Positions 13,401 to 26,754 of a DNA stretch of 64,000 bases are shown here, piece after piece. This DNA is from Azolla caroliniana (Eukaryota; Plantae; Polypodiophyta), in contig JBHGNT010000007.1 of assembly GCA_043228905.1 (NCBI GenBank), positions 14,632,001 through 14,696,000 on the forward strand. Direction: 5' to 3'. Position 1 is the stretch's first letter. Each line of letters starts with the position of its first letter. The position numbers and the translations under genes are program-made. The notes beneath the pieces are model-generated. The model was not told the DNA's origin. It did not search any database and saw only the letters and a list, made by a program, of their open reading frames with translations.

Positions 13401-16400
13401 TTTCTTCATCCCTACTTTGGGATCGATAGACATCATCTTCATAACGATCATCTCCATAGTTGCTGCTTCTTGATCCATAATAGGAGGAATTCGGCTTATA
13501 GATTCCTCCAGTTGATGAGCTACCTCGGTACCTGTGACCCATGATACACTCATATCTTCCTCTGTGCAGTGTGCATCTCAATCACATAATGACACCACTT
13601 AAAATCAATCACTTACTTATCCCTGTTTGCAATAGCCTTTTGTCTTGCTTCCCTTATTTTCTCTTTATCATTCACAAGGGCAACTAGAGATTGTGCCTTC
13701 TTTCGCACATTAAGACCTTGGTCCCTTCCGCCAGAATCATAGTATTGGAAGTCCATAAGGGTCTAGAAAACATAAGATGATCATATCATTGCAAGAATTA
13801 AATGTAAGAATTTACAAGATACTACTCTGTTTGTAATACGTGAATATAATTACTATATGGATGTCCGTAATGTGAAACTTCCCAGCAAATGCAAGCATGC
13901 AATTTGCTGGCTACCCTTCCTAAAACAAAATGTAAGCCCAAATGCTGCAAGAGAGCAAAGATCCAAGATTTTTAGGAAGAATTATACCGAGAGTTGATAG
14001 GAATGTTCTTTGAGTTCATCAATCACCCGTTCCGATCCGTGGGAAACAAGATACTCAAACACAGTTAAAGCCTAGAAAACAAAGGAACCATGATGAGTGA
14101 AAAACGTAATCACAACCCAACAGTGGTCGGATTGTTCAACAATTGTTCATAAACTGAAAGTGCCATGGAAAAAACTACCTTATATACATGACGCCAATTT
14201 CGGCCAGTGTCATTAATCCGCTTCCATAGAATCGACACTACCAGCTGATAATCATTGCTGTATTTATGACAGAAAATCTCAGTTTATTTACTGCCCATTC
14301 ATGAATGGCATAACTGATAGAAACTCTTTAGTATAATCTAGAGAACGGAAACACCCTCAGAAATAATGAACCTAACCGTCCAAGTTCACCGATAGAGATC
14401 TACAGTCTAATGTAGAGAGCTTAAATCATCACAAGTTATGAACTTAATCATTCGACATGACACATCTAAGCTAAAGCGTAACATACACAACTGAAAACTT
14501 CAGATGTAATGAAGTTTCACTATAAGAATAGCAGATTGGCTTCACGAAGTTCCACTGCATACACATTATAATGGGTAATTACCCTACAATGGAATAATAA
14601 GTTACGACAGGAACTCATTATAGTGGCTATTGAAGGAATGGTTGCCTTGTAGTAAATAGGGGCTAACTACTTCCATCTACGCTTTTCACCAATCTTGTAA
14701 TGTGAGGTTTCAGTTTTCCAATGGACCTCCCTGTTGTTGATCCCCTGTATCTCAATAGACAATTCCCCATCTCCCAAATTCGGTGGCGCAGTGGCATCCT
14801 AGTGAGTATGCATAGGAACTTTGGCCTTGCAGTAGGAATCATTATCATAATTCATGTAGTTTTGTGTGGTTTTGGATATTACTAGAGGACGGGCTCCAAG
14901 AAGGCGTATTTATTACAGTTTCATCTCCATTTCCTGTCCTATTGTGAGCACATGATCTAACTTTCTTTGCAAATAGGAAATATTCAAATTAAGTAGTTGT
15001 TTTTTATAATTTTGTGGTCTAGAAGTGCTTGAAGAGTGTGTGCTTGTTGAGCATCATTTGTTGGCTCTCCAAAGACCTCCTAAATTTCATGTACCATCTC
15101 CATGCTCCTCATTGTTTCACATATAGCTCTCATGGACATCTCCAAAATCTTTTAGAACCCCACAAGTATCATCCAAAAAACAAACTAGAAATGTGACCTT
15201 TGATGGTAATCTAGTAATATAAGAGATGTAATCCATTGTAGGTGAGTCTTCAAACCGAAAACAAAAAAGCAATTTCTAGATCAAACTTCAAAAAATGGAT
15301 AGCGATTACAAATGAATAGATTCAGTGTTACCCAAACACTAGAACATGGATTCCACACGGGGCTCTTTGAGGATCGCCAAACAATCAACTCAAAATGGAT
15401 TTTTTGTGTCAAGGACAATGTTAAAGGAAATTGGTTCATTTCAAGGCTGATGTGGTCACCAAAGGTTTCTTTTTTAGATGATTTTTAAAGACACTTTCAA
15501 CCCACAGCTTAAGAATGTTTACTTGTTTTGTTGCATGATCTCAGGTTGCATCACTCACTTAGTCATTCGAACAACTTTTCTTCAAGAAGTTCTTGGAGTT
15601 TATTTTTAGAGACACTTTCAGCCCAAGGCTTAAGAATGTTTATCGGCCTTGTTGCATGATATGATCTCAAGTTGCATCACTCAATCGTGCAAAGAACTTT
15701 TTTCCAAGGGGTGCTCAATAAAAAAAACTACATGTGACAACCAAAGCTTTTGAAGAATGCATTGTGTGCATTATGCTTATCACATAGTAAATGGTCACAT
15801 GGAATCATTATGGTTATCACTTAAAAACTTCACTCTTTCCTCATCAATATTGGAAGCAACATTGCCTTAAGAAACTGGATCCACCTTTGTTTTATCATTG
15901 GTGTTTATGTTGACGACCTTCCCTTACTTTCAAACTCTAAATCTTGCTAGAAAATAACTTGCATTTACTTTTTCACTTTTAACTGATATAGGGCCACTTC
16001 CTTGGCATTCAAATAATTCAAAATAGCGCTAATCCCAATTTCTCTCTTTTAACAATCCTATGATATTTGCAAGATTGTTTTAACAATCCTAAGTTATTTC
16101 CATGATTGTTTGAAGATTTCCATAGCGAGCCTATTCTCAATAATGTATACAACAAGGTACTTGTTTTTGTCGTTGATTTTCTTTGTTGTTTTATGAAGGG
16201 AGAGTAGTGAATTCCTTGAAAAGCTGCTACATTACTTGAAGAACACACAACATTTGGCGTTCACTTACTCAACCACAAATTTTAAATCAACAACACTTGT
16301 GCAAGGATGAACAACCCCCTGACATCAACTTCTTCGTTGGATTGACTCAAGTTTGGGGATATGTGAGCAGTTGAAGGTCAATAGGTGGCTATATCTTACA

Positions 16401-17551
16401 CACTTCTTAAAGTTGCAATTGCTTGGATCTCAAAGAAGCAATCCATGGTTGCTTTGGCACAATGTAACTACAATTTTTGCAATCAATCTAATATATTTTA
16501 CACATCTTTCTTATGTTATTTTATTGAAGAAAAGAAAATTGACTTTAACCTTTCAGATGTGGAGAAATTTCTATAAAGCCTTGTTCACATTCAAAACACA
16601 GTACTTGTTCATGCGGTGATCACTACATAGTGCATACATATATCTACCTTTTTCACTAATAAACAAAACTTGAGTTACTTTTTTGTGTACGGTTCTGTAA
16701 CAAGCCTGTTTTTAATATATATCAAGAGATTTTCACCCCAACACAGCTGAACTGCATACATGTCATGATCATCTTACCAATGCAGATGCTAGGTACCTCC
16801 TATTTATGTATGTATGTATGTATGTATGTATGTAGCAATGGATACTACAGTAATGAATCTAGACAGCCACCAGGTGCTGGAGAGAGAGGTAATTTGGTTG
16901 GGTGGAGAATTAATTGTCTCTCGAGCTTCTTCCAGTTTGATAATAATATTGCTATTTGAGATTAACTAAGCTAATTCTTTGTTAGTCAACAAAGACCCTA
17001 ACCTTCTTCTATTTTGACAATCACATTGTTATTCAGGATTAAGATAAGTTAATTCATCAATGTATAACTCACTAATTTCGAGTAGCTTGTGCAATATCCG
17101 CCATGATACTTCCATGAGGTCCCCATGGCTCATTGGTAGTAACATCCAAAACCTGCAAATTCGAAGTAGATGAAAAACGGATAGAAAAAACAGCTAACAA
17201 AGAAATTATGGTCATTATTCCATCAATACATTGATCCTCAAAGTAGTAAAATCATACAGGATGTAAATTATCTTAAATGCAAAACAATAACATAAGAAAC
17301 ATAAACTTGATTTAAAAGATTTGGGTTTACCTTCTGTTCTATCTCAGGCACATTGAGAACTTTCTTGTTAACTTCTCTTTTCCTGAGGAATAGAAGTACC
17401 AGATTCAGATGAAACGCTCGATTAAATACAATATTCCAAAAGAAATTTAGAGTTCATAATCAGGAGAGAGAAAAAATTGTAAATTTAGTTCAAAAAGACG
17501 GACTACTTACAACTCTCTCACAGTCTGATCTATAACTTTCTTGAAATCCAT
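10280..17551 (-). CDS. EPSIN2: ENTH-domain clathrin interactor, EPSIN2/3-like, 13 coding exons, ~719 aa
   Basis: Exons with GT-AG ends and consistent phase: 17551-17511, 17382-17331, 17152-17073, 14257-14179, 14071-13988, 13762-13617, 13531-13202, 12825-12784, 12700-12602, 12528(or 12531)-12419, 12071-11881, 11669-11183, 10698-10280 (2160 nt). Translation: [61 protein letters not shown] (ENTH), [43 protein letters not shown], Met/Gly-rich tail. EPSIN2 versus EPSIN3 cannot be resolved by eye. Confidence 0.92.
15330..16460 (+). pseudogene. Highly decayed Copia RT/RNase H relic in EPSIN intron 3 (antisense to the gene)
   Basis: Residual motifs: SKWIFCVK (~15390), IIGVYVDDL (~15894-15920), [14 protein letters not shown] (~16415-16455); internal ~120-bp duplication 15481/15601. 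Confidence 0.7.
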
Positions 17552-17597
17552 TGAAAGTCTCAGCTCAAATATCGAATTGTTATTTTCCAAAGAAAAC

Positions 17598-18309
17598 CTG
17601 TGTATTTCTGATCAAACGTGATCTGTCAGCGAACGCCTAGATGTGTAAAGGAAGAAAAGAAGAAGAAAGGAAGGAAATAAAGGTTGTTTTCGGATGAATA
17701 CTGAACTGTAAAAGGTAGATCTGGATGCAAAAGAAAGAAAAAGGAATATTTTTTGTGACGAATCTTGATATATATATATATATAGTGAAACCGAAGTGGA
17801 TGAGAAGAAAATAGATTCTCCTTCTGATGAATTCTGACCTGAATTAGAGAACGATTAAAATTTTAAAGCCAGAAAGAAGGGTGAAAAAATTAAAATTTTG
17901 GATGAATCCTGATCTCTGAGGAACAAAATGAATGAGAAGAAAGTAAATGACGTTTTTTCCTAATGAATCCTGAACTGTTAAGGGATCAATCTGGTTGCAA
18001 ATGAGGAAAGCGAATAAAATTTAGAAAGAATTATCGAATATTATTAAGGAAAGGAACGTATGCGAATTATATAGATATTTCTGATGTGAAGTTTGATAGA
18101 GAAGACAGATCAGAGTGAAGAAACTGGAAGATAAAGAATAAGAAGAAGAAGAAGAAGAAGAGAGAAAGAAAGGAAAGAGAAAGCGAGAATTAGTGCAACT
18201 TCAAATCTGAAACTTTGATGAAGAAAACAGATCAGGGAGAAAAACAAGTATCTCAGATTTATTTTGAGAATTTGAGCTTGAAAGACGAAATTATTGAGCA
18301 GTTCCACAC
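17598..18309 (-). other. Probable 5'-UTR intron of the EPSIN gene (UTR exon ~18540-18310)
   Basis: CAG|GTGTG donor at 18309 and CACAG| acceptor at 17598 on - strand; pyrimidine-rich UTR. Confidence 0.5.
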
Positions 18310-18538
18310 CTGTAGTGAGAATTAGCCTTCAATTCGATGTCCGATCAGAGAGAAGAAGGAGCAGTGGTGACTATGGAGTTCTGAAGAAATGGCGTGTGAA
18401 AAGAAGGAAAGAAAATACGCAAATGAAAGAAGTCGGTGTGGATTTCTGAAGGAATTGAGCGATGAGAAAGAGAAGAAGAAGAAGTGGCTATGGAGATCTG
18501 AGGAAATCACATGAGAAGAAGAAAATGGCATGAAAACA

Positions 18539-18541
<3 letters not shown>

Positions 18542-18588
<47 letters not shown>
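18542..18588. repeat. (GA)n microsatellite at the likely TSS/5' UTR of EPSIN
   Basis: ~23 GA units; CT/GA tracts are typical of plant promoter and 5'-UTR regions. Confidence 0.85.
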
Positions 18589-18589
<1 letters not shown>

Positions 18590-21151
18590 GGAAGAAGAAA
18601 AAATCAAGTGGACAATTAATTAATTAATAAAGGCTTTATTCTTTAATTTGTGTCTGTCCAATATCTCGCATTTTCCGTTTGCCTTTTTATTTTATTTTTT
18701 GTGTTAATTCACTCCATCCAAAAAAGCAAACGCTTGCTTTTTTCCTTTTCCTTTTTTTTGTGTTTTTTTTACTTCTTTACATATTTCCCCCCCCCCCAAA
18801 CACAATTAAAAAGCAACGTTTCTGATTTTCTCGAAAACAATTTTTGCTTTTTTTTTCAAAAACCAAAACTTCTTCTTTTTTCTGATTTTACGAAAAACTC
18901 AATTAAGTATACGTGCAGCACACCAATGCACAAGAAATTTCTTTCTTTCTTCTTCTTCTTCTTCTTTTCTCCCTACTGCCTGAGATAAATAAAAACATTT
19001 TAGAACTATAATACTCTCTCTCTTTTTTCCCAAGAACAAGCCATATAATTTATTCTAATTTTGGATTGTGCCTCCATCCCACCATCTCCATGGTGCATGT
19101 GCATGTGTGTATGTGTGTGTGTGTTTCCTTCAAGGCCATCCACACCCGCCTTCTCTCCTGCCCACGAATCTCAGCTACAGTTCGGTTCGAGCCAAGTCAT
19201 CAAATCTGAAACACCGTGAAACCACGACTTACATAATGCCTTAACTTGATTCAGCGTGCTTTAGGTTTTGCAAATTCGGTTCCATTTTGTCCTTTGAAGG
19301 GCCAATAGCGGGAGGTTTGATCAAGGCTTTTGGTTCATTTCGGTAAGTTGCTTTAGCAACAATCCCATTAGGTAGTGCAGATTTCTTGGTGCACCACATT
19401 CATGCATTTACAATTCATGTTATTGTATTAATATGACGAAAAGGTGTTCTATGTGTTGCCATTGGCTTCAAGTTTTGTTAATTTTCCAGCTTCGAACTAG
19501 AGCTTAACGGTTTAGGGAGAGGAACATTTTTGAAATTTTATTTTTTTTAAAAGTATGTAATGTGTACCTATTATTAAGTTTTAGCTTTTAAAATAGAACC
19601 CTCATTGTTCTTAAGAAAATCGCCCTCTCTTTGAAATTTGAAAATAGTGTGCACAATCAACAACAATTTTGGCTGAGCCAAACTTGGACCATGAAACTGT
19701 ATAGCTTAATGGTTTCATTATTTAATGATTAGTGTATGTTATTGAACCGTTTTTATTAGAGCTTGAAAATCCCTCAAAAACGATTTTGATTAATAGGTCT
19801 CGTGGATCAATTTAGTTTGGTTTTGACAGTTTGAGTTTGATACTTCCAAATTGAATCGAATTATTGCCAATTAATATTCACAACTCTTTTCTTGTTGGCC
19901 TCAATGTGTGTGGACATCGTTCGTCTTCCCTCACTTGCGTGTTTCTTCATGCTACTAATATATCATCTAGGTCATGTGCAACTTGTTCAAACATTGAAGA
20001 AGAATATCGGCCTCGGCAAACGAGGGAAAATATCACATACAAGAAAGGCCTGAAAGTGGACCCAAATAACCATTCACTCATTGCACAGGAGGAACCCTAA
20101 TGCACAAAGGAAACTCTCAAAATAGTGGATATAATTCTAGTTAACCAGAATTGATTGATGATTAACCTTTTTAATTCGATTAAGATGATGTGTTTAATTG
20201 TTAACATATTGGGAAGCAAGTACCTCTCACATTTCTCTAATCATGTGTTTCTATTGTTAAGCTCTAGATCAAATTATTCGTTTAATCTTGATAATATTAT
20301 TATACAACACTCAACAACTTTCGATTATTGATACATGCATCTTGAAAAAAGTGTCACTACCTTCTTTGATCAAAGGCTATGATATGATGCTTTGGAAATT
20401 GGAAAGTGTGTTAAATTTTGGAAGGAGGGACCATTGGCATGTGGCCAAGGGCATTGAAGCAGCATGTAACTATGTATCTACTTTAAAGTTTACCTTGCTT
20501 CTCAACATATTAGTTTATTCATTATGGAAATGGTTGGCATCCAAATGATCACTCAATAAAGTTAACATGTTAAGGGAAAAAGGATTGAAAGCGCACTGGC
20601 AATGGTTGTACTCCACTTAATGCATCCCCTTATCTCTATGTTCACTCATTTCTTGTTCCCAACAACTTAGTTTTTCCTCCTTGACCCCCTATTAATGCAT
20701 GCTACCTTTTTAGATCTACTGACCAACCTTTATACTCATTTGTAATTGTATATTGTTATTGTTCCCATGTCTAGGTCAAGTTATTGTCAATTGTGTCATC
20801 AATATATGTAGGCATCATATGTATTTCCATTAATACAAATAATATAGACAAACTCTACTTGCATTTTATTATTCGATCATGCTATTTTTATATTTCCCTA
20901 TGGTCCTAGCTAATTGACTTTAGTTATTTAAATGTTTGATATTCACCAAATATTCATATCACTAATCTTTCTCGATTATGTATTTTAGGATTGAGTGATT
21001 ATTATACATATTATCATGCATCTAAACAACTACTCTTGCAAGTTCAATTGCAAATTTGGTACTAGAATGAGGATAGAAAGCAAATTAGGAACATATGATA
21101 TCTTTCGCAACTACCACGGTAATCTATCATCCACCGACTTGTCTACTTTTT

Positions 21152-21194
<43 letters not shown>

Positions 21195-22274
21195 AAACAT
21201 CATGATGTAGTCATATAGCAATGCACGCATGTTGACGGTGCATGAATTCTCATTGTCTCTATTAGTAATACTTTGTAGGACTATGGGGAAACCTCGGTAT
21301 GACATAAAGGACTTGAAAGTATTTAGAGAAAATTGGAACATTGTCTGGTAGTGTTTTTTTTTTTTGTGTATGGAATCTGGATACCATTGAAAAAAAGTGT
21401 TGGGTGGTGTTAAATGATAGGAGAGAAATTGAACGCATTCTAGGTCTTTTAAGATTTTATTTTTTAAAGAAATCTTTTTTTAAGGAAAGCATTAATTAAT
21501 TGAAATATTTTGAACTATAATTGTGTAAAGGAACAAGTGACGAGGAGAAAATGAGCAAATGAAAAATGACAATCCAACATCAGCAAATGCTTAGGAAATG
21601 CATCTATTCATTAGAAGGGCTTCTTAGTACTCGAATTTGAGAGGATTTTGATGGTATTGACTCCCTTAATCCTCCCCCATTGGAGTCCAAATAGAAGAGG
21701 AGAGAAATTTGAAGCCACTAGACACCAAGAATGTGCATTTGTTACTTGATACTTGAACCCATCGTGAATCGATACACTCAACAACTATCAACTTTCCAGT
21801 AAAACCATTGACATTATACTACTCGGTTTCCAAAGTCGCATTGTTTGGGACAATGTTGATGATGTCTAAGGTGTTTTTTTCTCCAGAGTCCAATCTTTGT
21901 TTATTTTCGTATCCCCCTTGAGTTTATATGGTGTTGACTTCACTCGCAAAAGAGTAAAAAGTTATACTTTTTGATAGTTGCCATTCAATCCTATTTTTTG
22001 GGGTGATTTTATATGGTCTCCTTTGGTTGGAGTAGTGTTGATTTTACGTACATGGTGGCATTTCACTTCTCATTGTTTGGGACAATGTTGATGATGTTGT
22101 GCCATTATTTGCCTATTCCAACCATAATATCATATCATTTGGCAAAGTGAAAAATGGATCACGTGACATTAATAATGATAATGGCACTCTATTAACATGC
22201 AACTTGGGTGAAGGAGATTATTAACTACGAAAGTAGCAATTCATGGTATGATCTATTTGGGCAAATGCAACCAT

Positions 22275-22630
22275 ATTTATAGAGGGCCTTCATGGAGGAT
22301 ACTTTGGTTGATAATGATGCCCTAATTAGCTAGATTACATTTATAATGGAGTAATTGGATTGAAATGGCAACAATAAAGTAATTAATAATAGAGAAGTTG
22401 TATCGAATAATCAAACAAGAATGATCTCATAAAGTGCTCAAAGTTTCTTACAGCAAACAGATTTATAGAAGGCCTTCATGAGGATGCTTTGGTTGATAAC
22501 AATGCCCTAATTAGCCAGATTACATTTATAATGGAGTAATTAGATTGCAATGGCACAATAAAGTAATTAATAATAGAGAAGCTGTATCAAATAATCAAAC
22601 AAGAATGATCTCATAAAGTGTTTAGAGTTC
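22275..22630. repeat. ~186-bp tandem duplication
   Basis: atttataga..ggccttcatg..tttggttgataa..ccctaattag..aataatcaaacaagaatgatctcataaagtg at 22275 and 22461. Confidence 0.8.
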
Positions 22631-23818
22631 CTTAATGATGTTGAAATGAATTTGCTTGATATTCGATTTCTTAGATTTAGTTTTTCTCATCAAAATTGTG
22701 AAAGGGAATGGCATAGAGGATCCTACAAATTCACTAGAATTTGAATGGGATATGTATGAATTGAAGTTTTCCATCAATATGTCAAACATCAATGAAATGA
22801 ATGACCTTGTGGATGTTTTACATGTAAACCATATTTAATCATTATTGTTGCTTACGTAACTTGCTACTAAGAAATGAAAATATTTTCTTAACTATTAAAG
22901 CACAAGATGCCACCAAGAAGGCTTGCTGGAAATGTTACAACTTACAATAGATGTTGAGTTGCTCAAGGATGGATATACAACAATATTTTTAAATTTCATA
23001 GATGTATCTTGCAATACAACATTGTTGATAATATCCTCAAACAAAATTAAAAAAATATCATTTCTATATGATTAAAATTGAGTACATGTGGTTTATCTAC
23101 ATATGTACTCTCCGGTCATTTAAAACGCTAATTCTTTCACACAATGCCACATTGCCAAGTTGATGTCTCATTCTCCATTTCTCTATATGTTCTTTGATGT
23201 AATATTTTTCTTTTTTTAAGTCTTAATGCTTATATTTTCCTGCACCAAAATGATATACTATAACACATCATAAGTACCAACTACAATGAATTCAAAATTA
23301 CGATTGGCAAATATTTTTTCATGCAAAAATTTGCTAATATGCAAGAGAAACAAACAAACAAACCATTTCACCAATATGCTCCAAGCAAGTAACTTTTACA
23401 AATGACCAATGCATAATGCTACTAACGTGCCACATACATAATGCCACAAATAACAACATTCTTAATAATTGTTTGAACTTTTGGCATTTTAGGCATTAAT
23501 GTTGGACATTTCCAACCCGTTTGTAGACAATTCATTTTTAGACATCGTGGCCATGTCATGTAATTCCCAAAGTTTCCATTAGTTTGACAAAATGTTATGC
23601 CATCACACCAAAGCTAAAAAGCAATAAAATGCGATTGATTAGCCTTTAAATCACAAGTGGAGGGTCATTAAGAAGATGAGTGAACTTCATAAGATCTTTC
23701 ATTTAATTAACGTAAGTGAATTAAAGAGCGAGATCATTAAAGCAACGACCAAATAGGCGACTATGCCTTTCTAATCACCTTGTACTTTATTCTATTTTCA
23801 TGGCCTTTCAAAAGCTTC

Positions 23819-24133
23819 CCAAAACAATGGTGAAAAGGAATATTGAACTTTACCTTCCTATTGTACTTTTACCATTACTTTCGACACTTACCAAAAGCTT
23901 TCTAATTATCACATTAATAATACACCTAAAGAGGTTTTAGTTCTTAACGGGATTTGAAAGCTATAAAAAGCATTGCCAAAACAATGGTGAAAAGGAATAT
24001 TGAACTTTACCTTCCTATTGTACTTTTATCATTACTTTTGGCAATTACCAAAAGCTTTCTACTTATCACATTAATAATATACCTAAAGAGGTTTTAGTTC
24101 TTAACGGGATTTGAAAGCTATAAAAAGCGTTGA
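23819..24133. repeat. 157-bp tandem duplication
   Basis: ccaaaacaatggtgaaaaggaatattgaactttacc...gaaagctataaaaagc twice, near identical. Confidence 0.88.
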
Positions 24134-25428
24134 ATATCTTGCAATCATGCCACTTTTAAAGAAAATAACATGAAACATATCTTTGTTACAATCTTTGTCT
24201 TTGCCAACAAATATGGACGGTTTCGTAAATCTATCTCTCTTGACATTGTTTATTGTTTCCTTTACAAGAACCAAACACTATAGACTTGGAAAAGTTAGTT
24301 GGGGGGGATCATTTGAAACCACCAACAAATATTGCAAGGAAACAAGAAGTAATGATGTTGATGTCTTAGTATCATTTTGAAACCACCAACAAATATTACA
24401 AGGAGTTGGAATTTGATTCATAAGAGAAATAGTGGTAGACTAGATAAGTTTTTTTTCCAAAAAAATTATTCTTCATTAGTAGAACTTCTGCATACATGTC
24501 GAAATGTTTAGGTGGAAAACATTACAATGGCTCTAGCCATGATGACCTATAATAGACTAGATAAGTTTTGCTCAATATTTTTAAGAAATAAAACATTACT
24601 TTAAGATTGAATTGCAAACATGGTTGTTTACGTACCCGTATTTAATGTTTAAATACGTATAGTACCTCATCATTTGTATAGTACGCACTATACCTCAATG
24701 TTGTTCAGTCAAATATCATGTACATTTATCCAATATGGTATTTAATATATTTTTTTAAAAACAGGTATAATACGTATTTATAAAGAAAATGTAAGTAAAA
24801 CCCCAACAAAAAGCAAAAGAAAAAAAAGATTTTAGTGAAAAAGAAGCCAAAGGAAAGAAGAAAGAAGAATAGAAGAGACGACGATGAAGAAGATGAAGAA
24901 GAATAGAGAAAATAAGACATAAACCCTACCTGACTCGGAGTGTGATAATCGCACAAGATAGCAGAAGAAAAAGAAGAAAAGAGAAACCTATCCCGAGTGT
25001 GATAATGTAGACGATTCCTCAATCTATAAAGGCATAATTGTAAATAATTACAATTTGAAGTAGAACATCGTGATACGCACTTACACTGATTTATAGAATA
25101 AGGGAATGTCGACATCCATATTACTATAAGTAATTTAGGATGTGAAATGTTCAAATGTCTTATATGCATTTTAGGATGTAGAACTATATTTTACAAAATT
25201 GTGTAAATATAGATGTTTTTTACAATATTATAGATATTTTTTAGAAAGGTAAATAATTTTCAAATTCTAGAAGTATTTAATGTACTATATGTAAAATACG
25301 TATTTGACGTATTTTATAAGTATTTAACATATTAAGAAAACGTATTTAACATATTTTTTAATTGGGAGGTACTATACGGGTATTAATACGTTATATATGT
25401 ATGGTATTCGTACCGTACCTAACGTACC

Positions 25429-25824
25429 TGTTGAGAATCAAGCTCAACTTGGTCTAGTGTGTGAACTCACCTTGAGAGTGAATAGACACTCTAACGATCA
25501 AGAGTCACCATTATGTCACCACTTTGTATTCTAGCATTTAGTATGAGTCATAGAATCATATTATATGACATATAACTTATGAGCTTTCACATTCCCCATG
25601 CTCGATGAGTCTTGTAGTTAATGAAGAGAGAGGGTGACTATATAAAGCACCCTCCTCCCACCTTGTATAATATCGAGTCTTTCTCCTTTGTTAATATACT
25701 TTACCTTGTGTATTCTCTGTGTCTTACTCATTGTCTCTCTCACTCTCACTCTCACTCTCTCTCTCATACACACACATAGTTCATATCTATTCTGCTGCAC
25801 AGAATCCATATCTATTTCTTTACA
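25429..25824 (+). repeat. 5' LTR of Copia B (relative of E), followed directly by PBS TGGTATCAGAG (25825-25835)
   Basis: TGTTGAGA...TACA, TATAAA at ~25641; start resembles the E LTR (TGTTGAGA..AAGCTCAAC). Confidence 0.85.
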
Positions 25825-25980
25825 TGGTATCAGAGTGGTTTGGTAGCTCTATCTAGCCCATCCGCGTGTGTTGAGCTCTACGCTGACATTCAAGAAGAAC
25901 CGGCTCATCGCTATCATAGTGCGACTACATAGCTCGCATTCGAAGAGAGAAGAAGAAGAATCGACATAGTGAATACTCAA

Positions 25981-26735
25981 ATGGGGAGCGCTCTCCCTAC
26001 CGAGAAGTTAGATTGAAACAACTTCGCATCTTGGGAGTACAAGATGCACCAATACCTTGTCGAACAAGGCTATTGGAGCTACATCAAAGGAGCGCACGAA
26101 GACCGACCCATCGAAACGGCTCCCGAATACGCGACATGGGAGCAAGCCGCAAGCCGTGTGATGTATTGCTTGGCGACATGTGTTCATGATCACATGCTCG
26201 GCTACATTCGCGAAGCCAAGACATCGAAGGAGGCATGGGAAAATCTAAGAAAGATTTTCGTGGCGAACACAACCGCAAGAAGGCTTCAACTCCACCAAGA
26301 GTTGAACAACATTCAACAAAGGGACATGTCCATCACGACATACACCTTGAAGATCAAGGAGCTTTGCGACTCGCTTGGCTCGATAAGTGTAAATATCGAT
26401 GATGATGAGATGGTGCAAATATGCCTCGGTGGCCTCGCACCATGGTTCGGCGCGATGCGAATCGAAGTTCTAGCAAGGGAGAAATCTCCCTCCTTCTTCG
26501 AGCTCCAATCAATGCTATTGGTCGAAGAAAACCGCGTGCGTACAAGGAGCAATGAGTCGGAATGCCACATGCTCTACACACACTCGAATGGAGGAAGAGG
26601 ACACGGATGAGCGAGAGGCCGATTCGGCCAAGGACAAGGCGGACGAGATCTGACCTACAACAATTCCCAATTTCAGCCGCAAAACGGAAGCCAACGAAGA
26701 ACCTTCGCAAGAAGGGGGAGCTTCCACTCCGGTCT
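25981..26735 (+). pseudogene. Copia B gag (truncated, premature stop)
   Basis: MGSALPTEKLD*NNFASWEYKMHQYL... is closely similar to E gag MASSLPTEKLDRTNYVSWSYKMHQYL. Confidence 0.85.
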
Positions 26736-26754
26736 GAGCCGTCAAACCGCAACC

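Noticed and set aside
10301-13544. Plus-strand ORFs over EPSIN exons
   Set aside because: Antisense shadows of low-complexity coding sequence
21500-23400. Possible decayed transposase or gene
   Set aside because: Coding-like feel but no identifiable motif; only the tandem duplication is supportable
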